Virus record (IMG/VR): IMGVR_UViG_3300032523_001141
Span: 1-64,000 of that record
DNA: 64,000 bases
From: a virus
Reading direction: 5' to 3' (one strand)
The first letter of the stretch is position 1, and each line of letters begins with the position of its first letter. The notes under the pieces are model-generated. The model had not been told where the DNA came from, searched no databases, and was given only the letters and a program-made list of their open reading frames with translations. Positions 7,139-15,269 of the stretch are shown here, piece by piece. A program made the position numbers and the translations under genes.

Positions 7139-10100
7139 TTAGTCCGCTGTTACGTCAACAAGGTTCTTCTCTTTGTGTAGAGCGTTGCGCAAGAACCGCA
7201 CGATTTGCGGGAGGCACTGCTGAACTGTCGAGAGAAAAACTATGTTATCTTTGCCGTATTGTTCTTCGAATTCGTGGTAGTCGTATTCGTGAACGCCAAC
7301 AGCAAACGCATAAGTCGGTATTTTCAAACGATTGCGTACAAATGAACAAACGCTCGTTACGTGCTTTTTAGCTTCTGCACCGGCATAGCCGGTGCCATGA
7401 GGTAACCCGTCGGAAATGACAAATAGATATTTACGCTTAGCTGGATCTTTATTGAGCAACTTTGCCGTTTCTTTAATAGCGTAGCCGTCGTAATTGTTTG
7501 CGTGCGCGGAAATTGCCCCTAATCCGTCAAGATTAGCGCTAGCTGCCGGGCCGTAAGAACTGTAATGCTCGAACAATACAAGGTCTGCTTCGCCTTCCTG
7601 ATTTGCGGTATGCCCGTAAATATGCAGGTGCACGCCATCAATTTGTTTAACAGCTTCGGCTAACAGTACGCACATTTCGCGCGCTTGCTTAATCTTTGGG
7701 CCCGACATACTGCCCGACTGGTCAACGAGAATACCCACGGCCACGTCTGGCAACTTAGTGATCAGCTTCTGCGACCAGATATGCTCAGAGTCATACCTTA
7801 GTTTATGCAGACTGCCTTCGTCTAAGTCACCGGACAACATTCCGTGAACCTCGCCCGTACGCTTAGTCCCTTGAAAACGCAACGCGCTACGAATTTTCTC
7901 GATAGCTGCCTTGTTTTTGGTTTTTATTGCGTGCGTCGTCTCCCGCCATGAAGCCGTATTTTTGGGCGGTGGTTTAATCCGCAATTTTGGCTTTGTGGAT
8001 CCCGTGTCGTTCAAGTAAGCCACATATTCTTCTTCGGCAGCATTGCGCGCCTCATCGTTAACCTGCGAAAGCGCATCGCCGCTTAAGACGTTAGTTTTTC
8101 GATCAACTGTTTCCCCGAAGAGCTGGTCATCAACCGGGCTCAGCTCTGAGCTATTATCAAACTTTTCGCGCAACATTTTACCTAAATTTTTTGCGTCGGT
8201 TGCGTCAGCAGAGCTGTGCGACTTTGCTTTTTCTGCTGCGTTTAACTCATCCAACAACTCCTGCGAAGACAGCCCAAGCCCTGCTGCAATTGCGTCAAAC
8301 TGCGTTTTTACAGATTTATCTACGCGTGACGCAGACGTCGGCAGCCCGCTCGTTTCAAACATCTTTTGCAGGATTTTAAATAGTTCTGGATTTGCAGCCG
8401 CTTTTGTGGTGGCTTCAAATCCTGCATCTGACATAGATTCTTGCGCTATGAAATCTTCAATAGCGCTCTCATGCCACGCATCTATTTTTGGCTCGTCGCC
8501 TCTATTAAAACTATACTGCCCGGTTGCAGCGGACTGCATAAAATTATTAAAGTGCTTATTCGCGGAGTGCGATCGATGAGCGCGGTCTAATGTTGACCCG
8601 CACTCCCCGAGACCCTCAGCAAATTTTCGGCGCGAACCGGCACAGAAGGCCTGCAACCCAGAGGCTGTTTTGCCAATTGTCGTAGTTTTCTTTTGCAGCT
8701 CTTCTACGTTATTTTTAATTTGCTCTAAATTTGCTATTTTTGCTGTAGTAATTCCGGCAATTTGCTCTGCCGCGGCAGCTACCACGTCTGCCTGATTAAA
8801 CGCTTTAGCCATTTTTTGCAGTTTTTCGTTGCAATCTTGCGCTTGTTGTTTAATGGCTTCTAGTCGTTTTTGCGTATCCGGCAGTTCATCTGCAATTTTC
8901 TGCAACGCAGCTGCAGTACGCTCCCGAAGAGCGCGCATTTCATCTTTGAGCAGCTTGCTGGTTTCTTTGATAAAATTACGGAGATCTTTTGCCTGCTTTT
9001 CAAATCTTTCAGGAGCTGGTATTTCAGCATATTTTTGTTGAGAAATATCTTGTTCGACGCCTTGGCTGGCCAACTGTTTAATTTGCTCGTCAAAATGCGC
9101 TACGGTCTGCTCTAATGTTCTTTGCGGATAATACATATCGCGCTCTGGGGTGTTTTCTTCCGCAGCCTTCGCAAAACGTTTAGCAGCATCTCGTAAATTC
9201 TTAAGCAATTTTTCTTTGTACGTTGTGTCGTACAGTTCTTTTTCAATATTTTCTAGCTCGTTTTGCGCTGTTTTACTCGCAACAGCGCCCGCGCTATTTT
9301 TGTAAAGCTCGTCTAGCAGGTCAGCAAAATTTTCCATGTTTTCATGCATGGCTTTTTCGTCTTCTGCTGAACAGCTTTTTTCTTTTTTGTTCTTTTCAAG
9401 CATTTCTTCAAGGCCAGCAGCAAGCGCATTTTCGAACGACCCGCTTTCGGGCTCGCCCTTTGCTGCGAGATACATGCGTAAGTCAGCGATAAGCTGTTTG
9501 CACGCCGACAATATTTCATCATGTTCAAGCTTGTCGCCCAAGTGCTTATCTACGATATCGCTAATATCCGCCTCGATCGCGATTTCGTTTTCGTCAGCAA
9601 TCATGTTGTAGGAGATTCTGGCTGCGAGCGTCTCTATCGAAATTTCGTCTGCCTCCAGCTTTTCGCGATTTGTCGCAAATTGCTTGGCGTGGCGGACAAA
9701 ATACGGAGCAAAACCACCCCAGTCAGTTACTACCTCGCGGCGACAGAGTCTAGTCAGCAAGCTTTTTGCGAGCATGCCAGCCAAATAGCTGTCTACAAAT
9801 TCCGCTGAAATATTTTTTGCATCTTCGCTAGCAGGAGTTGCCGAGATAACCGCGGCACGAACTCTAGCTGCCAACGCTCCGGGCAATGTTTGGATCGACA
9901 GCTTGTTGATTTTAGTGATCACCTTCTGCTCAACAGACTGGGAAATCTGTACTCGTAAAAGTACAAACCCGGTCAACGCGTCGATTACGGCGTCTTCTTC
10001 GTCAACATTCTTAGTGTCCACTAACTTGTCAGGAGACACAAAAATTGCTCGTTTCTTACCAGCGAGCAAATCGGCTGCAACACCATTGCTGTCGGTGCCG

Positions 10101-10513
10101 CTGCTAAATTGCACGTCGTAGCTAATTTTCTTACCAGCATCTACCAGCGTATTTGCGTTGCGCGTTAGAACACGCAACGCCCGTATAGCTTTATTTTTAA
10201 CCTCGTTGTCACCGGAAGAGGCGTAACGCGCAAATCCGGTGAATGAGCTACGAAACAAACTACTCGGCGAATAATCGCTGTACTTGCTGTACTTAAAACT
10301 GCTTCGGCGGTACCAAGAATTGTCTGAGTCGTCAAAAGCGCTTTTGTAAGAAAAGCTTCCGGCGTCATACTTATCTCGATCAAAGCTTTTTTCGTCTTCG
10401 TTGTGAAACTGACCCCACCAACCAAGATTTGCACTAGACTTTTTATCGTCTTTGTCGTCATCTTGGTCTTTGATAGGCTCGTCCCACTCGGACCTAAAGG
10501 ATTCCCAGCCCAT
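7139..10513 (-). CDS. CobT-like vWA-domain protein (MoxR partner)
   Basis: C-terminal MIDAS ILVDQSGSM, GDLDEGSLHK, NYDGYAI, LFVISDGLP; long coiled-coil middle; adjacent to an AAA+ gene. Confidence 0.85.
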   Translation of the reverse strand: MGWESFRSEWDEPIKDQDDDKDDKKSSANLGWWGQFHNEDEKSFDRDKYDAGSFSYKSAFDDSDNSWYRRSSFKYSKYSDYSPSSLFRSSFTGFARYASSGDNEVKNKAIRALRVLTRNANTLVDAGKKISYDVQFSSGTDSNGVAADLLAGKKRAIFVSPDKLVDTKNVDEEDAVIDALTGFVLLRVQISQSVEQKVITKINKLSIQTLPGALAARVRAAVISATPASEDAKNISAEFVDSYLAGMLAKSLLTRLCRREVVTDWGGFAPYFVRHAKQFATNREKLEADEISIETLAARISYNMIADENEIAIEADISDIVDKHLGDKLEHDEILSACKQLIADLRMYLAAKGEPESGSFENALAAGLEEMLEKNKKEKSCSAEDEKAMHENMENFADLLDELYKNSAGAVASKTAQNELENIEKELYDTTYKEKLLKNLRDAAKRFAKAAEENTPERDMYYPQRTLEQTVAHFDEQIKQLASQGVEQDISQQKYAEIPAPERFEKQAKDLRNFIKETSKLLKDEMRALRERTAAALQKIADELPDTQKRLEAIKQQAQDCNEKLQKMAKAFNQADVVAAAAEQIAGITTAKIANLEQIKNNVEELQKKTTTIGKTASGLQAFCAGSRRKFAEGLGECGSTLDRAHRSHSANKHFNNFMQSAATGQYSFNRGDEPKIDAWHESAIEDFIAQESMSDAGFEATTKAAANPELFKILQKMFETSGLPTSASRVDKSVKTQFDAIAAGLGLSSQELLDELNAAEKAKSHSSADATDAKNLGKMLREKFDNSSELSPVDDQLFGETVDRKTNVLSGDALSQVNDEARNAAEEEYVAYLNDTGSTKPKLRIKPPPKNTASWRETTHAIKTKNKAAIEKIRSALRFQGTKRTGEVHGMLSGDLDEGSLHKLRYDSEHIWSQKLITKLPDVAVGILVDQSGSMSGPKIKQAREMCVLLAEAVKQIDGVHLHIYGHTANQEGEADLVLFEHYSSYGPAASANLDGLGAISAHANNYDGYAIKETAKLLNKDPAKRKYLFVISDGLPHGTGYAGAEAKKHVTSVCSFVRNRLKIPTYAFAVGVHEYDYHEFEEQYGKDNIVFLSTVQQCLPQIVRFLRNALHKEKNLVDVTAD

Positions 10514-10517
10514 TTAT

Positions 10518-12113
10518 TTAAGCTCCCTTCTTTGTTGCCTGCGCGGCTGCCTTAGCTGCAAGCAAGTCGCCGAACTTGCCCTGAATAATGTTCTGCACGC
10601 GAACACGCTCGCTATCGTCGTCGCCGTCTGACGAGAAATGATTGCTGATTGTGAACGTCAACGTGTCTAAGCCACCGATAGCGAAGTCGTGCGCGGCAGC
10701 GATAAGCTGACGAGTTGACATGCTCTCAGTAAGCGAGGCAGCCAACCCGCAAGCGTCCTGCCGAATCTTATTAGCCATACCCACAAGCCGGCTGGCAATA
10801 TCTTCATTGACCCCAACGCGCTTAACGAGAAGATTGATCTCGTCAGCCTCGCCCAGATACGTCAGCTCGACGACGCGCGGGAAGCGGTCGCGAATAGCGC
10901 GGTCGAGAGCCGAGGTGCCCGTGTAACCAGCGCCCTCGTTCATAGACGCAAAGAACACAGTACCCGGACCGACCATAATTTTATCGCCCTTCTCCTCAAG
11001 ATACGTGAAACGCCGAGCGTCGAGCAGCGGCATTAGCGTATTGAGCAGGTGCGGATTAGCGCGATTGAGCTCGTCGAGCAGGATAACGTGGTTACCAGCC
11101 TCGACCGCCTTCACGAACTGGCTCTCGTGCCAGTACACCGTACCGTCTCGCGCTGTCTTGTAGCCGAACCAGTCCCGGGCCTCGCGGAGATTGGCGCAGT
11201 CCATGATCAGCAGCGGCAGGTTGAGTCGAGCCGCAAACTGGATGGCTAGCTCCGTCTTACCGCAGCCGTGAGGGCCGATTAAGTTAATGTTCTGGGGGCA
11301 GTTCTTCCGGGAGATCTGCAGAATCTTGAAAAGTTGAGCGACCTGCTCGTTAATGATGTAGGTTTCGTCGGGTTTAGGAAGAAATACGCCGTTTGACTCG
11401 GCCTCGTCGCGAGTATCGGCAGTAACATCTTTAACCTTTAATTCAGGCTTTTCGGCAGTGCCAGAAAGCCGGCCAAAACCAAAACTTACTGTGGCTGTTG
11501 CCATGCTCTTGTCTTCTGTTTCCTCAAGTACTTCGGTTTTAGTGACACTCTCAATCTCCGGCCGCGGACCGTCGGCGTCGCGGGCCGACCAGCCAACGCC
11601 GGCCGGGGTTGCGCTTAACACACTATTAAGCAATTTTTTGTTGTTGTTGATAATTTCAGCAATTTGTTCGATATAGCTAAACCCTTCAGGCATTGCCCGC
11701 AAAAGAGCTAACGGCTTATTAAGGCCCTCAGCAATAGCGCGCAGCTGCACGCTCATGCTTTTAGGCAGGCTGTCAAAATATTCTCCGGGCAATGTGTTTA
11801 GAACTTCGTGGATGACTGCGCCAAGATGCCGAGTCATGGCGTAATCCTCATTTGGCGCGTTTGCTACCTCTGGTTCAATTTTTCCGTCTGCAATTGCAGC
11901 TTTCATATCGCTCGGGTCGCGAAGAAGATCGCGGTCGACATTAGCGTGCGGAATTGAGGCAACGTGGAACTCAAGCGCTCCGACGCAGCACTTTGCGTGA
12001 TTTTTTGCCGGGCGACCGCGAGTAGACGGTAGCAACGCCAGCGGCTCCCAATTCGAGTAATCGTTATCACCAGTCGTGTCGGGCTTTTTGTTGCTGGCTA
12101 CGTAAAGATACAT
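10518..12113 (-). CDS. MoxR/CobS/CbbQ-family AAA+ ATPase
   Basis: Walker A GPHGCGKT, Walker B ILLDELNRA, ASMNEGAGYTGT, LDRAIRDRF, STRQL. Confidence 0.9.
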   Translation of the reverse strand: MYLYVASNKKPDTTGDNDYSNWEPLALLPSTRGRPAKNHAKCCVGALEFHVASIPHANVDRDLLRDPSDMKAAIADGKIEPEVANAPNEDYAMTRHLGAVIHEVLNTLPGEYFDSLPKSMSVQLRAIAEGLNKPLALLRAMPEGFSYIEQIAEIINNNKKLLNSVLSATPAGVGWSARDADGPRPEIESVTKTEVLEETEDKSMATATVSFGFGRLSGTAEKPELKVKDVTADTRDEAESNGVFLPKPDETYIINEQVAQLFKILQISRKNCPQNINLIGPHGCGKTELAIQFAARLNLPLLIMDCANLREARDWFGYKTARDGTVYWHESQFVKAVEAGNHVILLDELNRANPHLLNTLMPLLDARRFTYLEEKGDKIMVGPGTVFFASMNEGAGYTGTSALDRAIRDRFPRVVELTYLGEADEINLLVKRVGVNEDIASRLVGMANKIRQDACGLAASLTESMSTRQLIAAAHDFAIGGLDTLTFTISNHFSSDGDDDSERVRVQNIIQGKFGDLLAAKAAAQATKKGA

Positions 12114-12222
12114 GTGCAGTCTCAGATGGGTTTAATGGATAGGTTTGCGCGTATCGTCTAATTTCTTTCTCGGTTTTCTAACGCGGCAAAGCCGGTGTCA
12201 AGCCGAGCCATTTTTGCGGCCT

Positions 12223-12273
12223 AAAAAAAGAACCCCAGCGCAGATTGCCCGGTATTCGGGGTCTGCGCTGGGG
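12223..12273 (-). terminator. intrinsic terminator
   Basis: CCCCAGCGCAGA/TCTGCGCTGGGG stem followed by TTCTTTTTTT. Confidence 0.75.
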
Positions 12274-12298
12274 CCTAGCAAATCTGTTTAGCAAAGCC

Positions 12299-13051
12299 TT
12301 AGCTGCGCTGGATTACCCTCTTGCAGATATCAAGCAGTTCGATTGCGTGATCATAACTGCCGGCTGCGCGCATAAACTCTGCCGCTGTCGCAAGCATGTC
12401 GCCAGATAAGGTTCCAGCGGCAGGCTCTGGCTTTTCAACAACCGCGCCAACACGAAACTTTGCCGTTGGGCGGCTTTCCTTGTGCTCGCCATTCGGCTCT
12501 GCAATTGCCGCGGTCGCCTTGCCCTTTGGCTTGGCCCCGCCACCTCGCTTTGCTGCCGGCACACCCATCGCGCGTAGCGTGATAGACACCTGCGAAGCGT
12601 TTACTTCGATACCTTTCTTCTTCAACGTTTCAATAATATCACGAGGTCGCAGCTCGGCCCCTCCTGCTTTCCGCGCTTCAATTACAGCCCGGATAGAATC
12701 AGCCTTTGTCGTCTTACCAACAGCCTTTGTTTTAGGCATTTTACTACCTTTAGGGTTAGCCTCTGAAGTTGCTTCAGCTTCTTCTTCGGCGGGTGCGTCT
12801 TCGTCGTCAGCCGCGGCTTCCGAATCTTCTTCTTCAAGATCTTCGTCAGCCTCGGCTACCATATCGGCATCTTCAGAGTCATTTTCTTCAACATCGTCGA
12901 CGGTTTCGGGTTCCTCTTCGTCGACGGCTTCTACATCATTCGCGATCACGGCCGCTTTTTGACGCTGTAGATATTTTTCGCAACCATCGTCGTCGCTAAA
13001 ACCATCTTCCCAGCAACTTTCAGCGTCTGTTACGTTTACTTGCCTAACCAT
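12299..13051 (-). CDS. putative DNA-binding protein with acidic N-terminus
   Basis: GAGGAGG RBS; KADSIRAVI...RPRDIIETLKKKGIEVNASQVS resembles a Planctomycete HTH-like family (recalled). Confidence 0.7.
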   Translation of the reverse strand: MVRQVNVTDAESCWEDGFSDDDGCEKYLQRQKAAVIANDVEAVDEEEPETVDDVEENDSEDADMVAEADEDLEEEDSEAAADDEDAPAEEEAEATSEANPKGSKMPKTKAVGKTTKADSIRAVIEARKAGGAELRPRDIIETLKKKGIEVNASQVSITLRAMGVPAAKRGGGAKPKGKATAAIAEPNGEHKESRPTAKFRVGAVVEKPEPAAGTLSGDMLATAAEFMRAAGSYDHAIELLDICKRVIQRS

Positions 13052-13108
13052 ATTGGCCTCCTCTTGAAGTCAGTCCTACCGCGCGGCAGAAAAACTGATG
13101 GTTAATGA

Positions 13109-13137
13109 ACCATACACCCGACGCAAGCCGGTTTCAA
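13109..13137 (-). promoter_or_regulatory. sigma70-type promoter
   Basis: TTGAAA-17 bp-TATGGT upstream of the 250-aa gene. Confidence 0.5.
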
Positions 13138-13168
13138 CTGCTTGCGTAAAAAATTGCCGCGCTGCGAC

Positions 13169-13564
13169 TTATTTTTGCTTTGCGGCTTTTTTGGCTGGTT
13201 TTTGCGGCAACTTTTTTGCGCCCTTTGGCACAGTTCCGTTAGGTCCGCGCAGCCTATCCTCATTCAACTCCGGCCACATCTTCAGCGAATGAATAGCGCC
13301 AACGATGTTCCAAACCGCGTGACCCAAATCATCTTCGTCACGTTTTCCAGCAAGGAATTCAAAAATATGCCGTAAGGCGTGGTTAATTAGATCCACTGCC
13401 GGCATACCGTTTTCCCAGTTAAACTCGCCAAACTTTTGCGCGCCTTCCGCATATGCGCGAGCTAACGCCTCGAGCCCAATTGGCGAAATCAAGTCGTAGC
13501 GGACAGCGTTGCAGTCTGTGCTGCGAACGGCGCCGGTTTCATACTTTTTGTACTTGTCGCTCAC
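13169..13564 (-). CDS. dATP/dGTP diphosphohydrolase-domain protein (DUF5664-like)
   Basis: YETGAVR...RYDLISP...EGAQKFGEFNWENG...HALRH...EDDLGHAVWN. Confidence 0.85.
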   Translation of the reverse strand: MSDKYKKYETGAVRSTDCNAVRYDLISPIGLEALARAYAEGAQKFGEFNWENGMPAVDLINHALRHIFEFLAGKRDEDDLGHAVWNIVGAIHSLKMWPELNEDRLRGPNGTVPKGAKKLPQKPAKKAAKQK

Positions 13565-13841
13565 GATGCTGGTCTTCTATTAGTTCGGGAATAAAGCAGA
13601 AATACAATCGAGGATTATGCAGATACGCAACAGTTCCTCGAACGCCATCAGCCCGCCGAATAACTCGCACTATCGGATTTTCAAATAAGTGCACGCCAAA
13701 CAAGTCGTTGAACTCAGCGTCATTCCAAACTTCTCCGCTGTACTTTTCTTGCAGATCAGCCAAAATATTTGCGGCAGGCATGTCAGCATAATAGCTGCGC
13801 AGCTTTTTGGCTATTAAATTGTTTTCACCGCCCTGGGTCAC
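13539..13841 (-). CDS. phage hypothetical protein
   Basis: VWNDAEF...VIRRADGVRGTVAYLHNPRLYF resembles a recurrent small phage family; coupled to neighbours. Confidence 0.7.
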   Translation of the reverse strand: MTQGGENNLIAKKLRSYYADMPAANILADLQEKYSGEVWNDAEFNDLFGVHLFENPIVRVIRRADGVRGTVAYLHNPRLYFCFIPELIEDQHRERQVQKV

Positions 13842-14275
13842 GAATGGAATTGGTTTAACTCCTCTTTGGTTTCTTCTACCTGTTTTTTCAATTCTGCAAG
13901 CTCGCTTACAGTAGCCTGCAATTGTTGCGCCATATTGTTGGCGTCGTTGTTAAACGCTTTAATCTGTGCGACAAGATCGCGATGCACGTCTACACCAAAA
14001 GCAGCCAACTTGCTCATCATTTGAAAAAGCTGGCCAGCGTATGACGGATTCTCGTTCCGCAAACGAATTCTGCCGCTGGGTACGCCTGTCATGTTGATAG
14101 ACCACAGCGGCACAATGGCGACAGCTTGTAGTTCCGGAATTTGTCCCATCATGTATTCTGAGAACTGATCCGCCTGCATATAAAAGTGAATGTCGCAGGG
14201 CGGTTTTTCTGACTGAATTGTTGTAGCAGTTGTTTGGGCTGGTTCAACCATCGGCTCCGACGCTGTTTCGCTCAT
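13838..14275 (-). CDS. hypothetical protein with C-terminal coiled coil
   Basis: ORF in the gene string; start uncertain (14275 or 14251). Confidence 0.6.
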   Translation of the reverse strand: MSETASEPMVEPAQTTATTIQSEKPPCDIHFYMQADQFSEYMMGQIPELQAVAIVPLWSINMTGVPSGRIRLRNENPSYAGQLFQMMSKLAAFGVDVHRDLVAQIKAFNNDANNMAQQLQATVSELAELKKQVEETKEELNQFHS

Positions 14276-14603
14276 ATCGCATCCGTTTGGGTAAAAGACC
14301 GTCAATTACGTTAGAGCCCCGTGTTGCCGCGAGGCCGTAAACGACCACTCGTACAAGGCCCGCCAAAATACCACCAAAGTAGTCGCCCGCCAAGAGGGCT
14401 AAGAACAAATAAATTGGGATATGATAGCTTTTGCAGAATGGGCACATAAAAAGCTCTGTCCACAGGGCCGTGACAGAGCCGTGTTCCGCAACGTCTTGCT
14501 TTGCTTGGACGATTGCCCGAGCTGTTGCAAAAACAGAACCGTTGTGCCAAACGTCGATAATCGCGCCGGTGGCAAGAATCACAGCAATTAGATCAATAAT
14601 CAC
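14244..14603 (-). CDS. membrane protein with CxxC (DUF1360-like)
   Basis: Hydrophobic segments; LFMCPFCKSYHI. Confidence 0.7.
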   Translation of the reverse strand: MIIDLIAVILATGAIIDVWHNGSVFATARAIVQAKQDVAEHGSVTALWTELFMCPFCKSYHIPIYLFLALLAGDYFGGILAGLVRVVVYGLAATRGSNVIDGLLPKRMRYERNSVGADG

Positions 14604-14604
14604 T

Positions 14605-14787
14605 TTAACGCCTTCGCTTATTGTGGCGTTTTGATGCGGAGTCCGCGCCGTTGGTCAAAACTAGACAGAAATAGATAGTGACAACGGCGGAAAAAATACC
14701 GCCCCAGCCAAGCGCTGGTGCGCATAAAACAGATGCTAAAAGAATTACACCAGCAAAACCAATAAAGGTTCCTCCAATGTCGTTCAT
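14605..14787 (-). CDS. small two-TM membrane protein
   Basis: Two hydrophobic helices and a basic C-tail; TAATG coupling. Confidence 0.6.
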   Translation of the reverse strand: MNDIGGTFIGFAGVILLASVLCAPALGWGGIFSAVVTIYFCLVLTNGADSASKRHNKRRR

Positions 14788-15020
14788 TACGTTGCGTACT
14801 CATCGCCGAATGGCCACACAACGGTGCGCCCGGCGTCAGGCGGTGGATTACCGTTGGTGGGTCTAACCGCTTCGGTCACTGGAAGCGGCGGTTGTAATTT
14901 AAGGGTGTTTGCGGGATTATCGTGTAAGTAGAGTTGCGGTCCGGGCCCGCGCATAGTTTTGCGGATTTCCGGCTGCCGACGTTCCTGATATAATTTGGCA
15001 CTTTTGCTGATGTTTGGCAT
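14787..15020 (-). CDS. hypothetical protein
   Basis: Follows the hairpin; coupled to the downstream gene. Confidence 0.6.
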   Translation of the reverse strand: MPNISKSAKLYQERRQPEIRKTMRGPGPQLYLHDNPANTLKLQPPLPVTEAVRPTNGNPPPDAGRTVVWPFGDEYAT

Positions 15021-15030
15021 TTGACGCTCG

Positions 15031-15077
15031 TAAAGATGGCTGGGGCGAGATACGCCTCAGTATACTCACCCCAGCCA
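15031..15077 (-). terminator. terminator-like hairpin
   Basis: TGGCTGGGG...CCCCAGCCA extended stem, then TCTTTA. Confidence 0.55.
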
Positions 15078-15086
15078 CGGCAACAA

Positions 15087-15269
15087 TTAACTTGCCCGGT
15101 CCGAGGTGACGAGCTTAAAAAGCCCGTAGGTCAATTGACAAATACCAACAGCAAGTGCGCAGACGCCATAAACAAACAGTTTCACGACTAGGCCAATGCC
15201 GTCCTCGAGCCACTGCAACTCTGCATCGTTTTCACCGCGGTAATAATTTCCGTTCTGGTAGTGACCCAT
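15087..15269 (-). CDS. small membrane protein
   Basis: MGHYQNG... followed by a hydrophobic helix; start chosen to avoid overlap with terminase. Confidence 0.45.
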   Translation of the reverse strand: MGHYQNGNYYRGENDAELQWLEDGIGLVVKLFVYGVCALAVGICQLTYGLFKLVTSDRAS

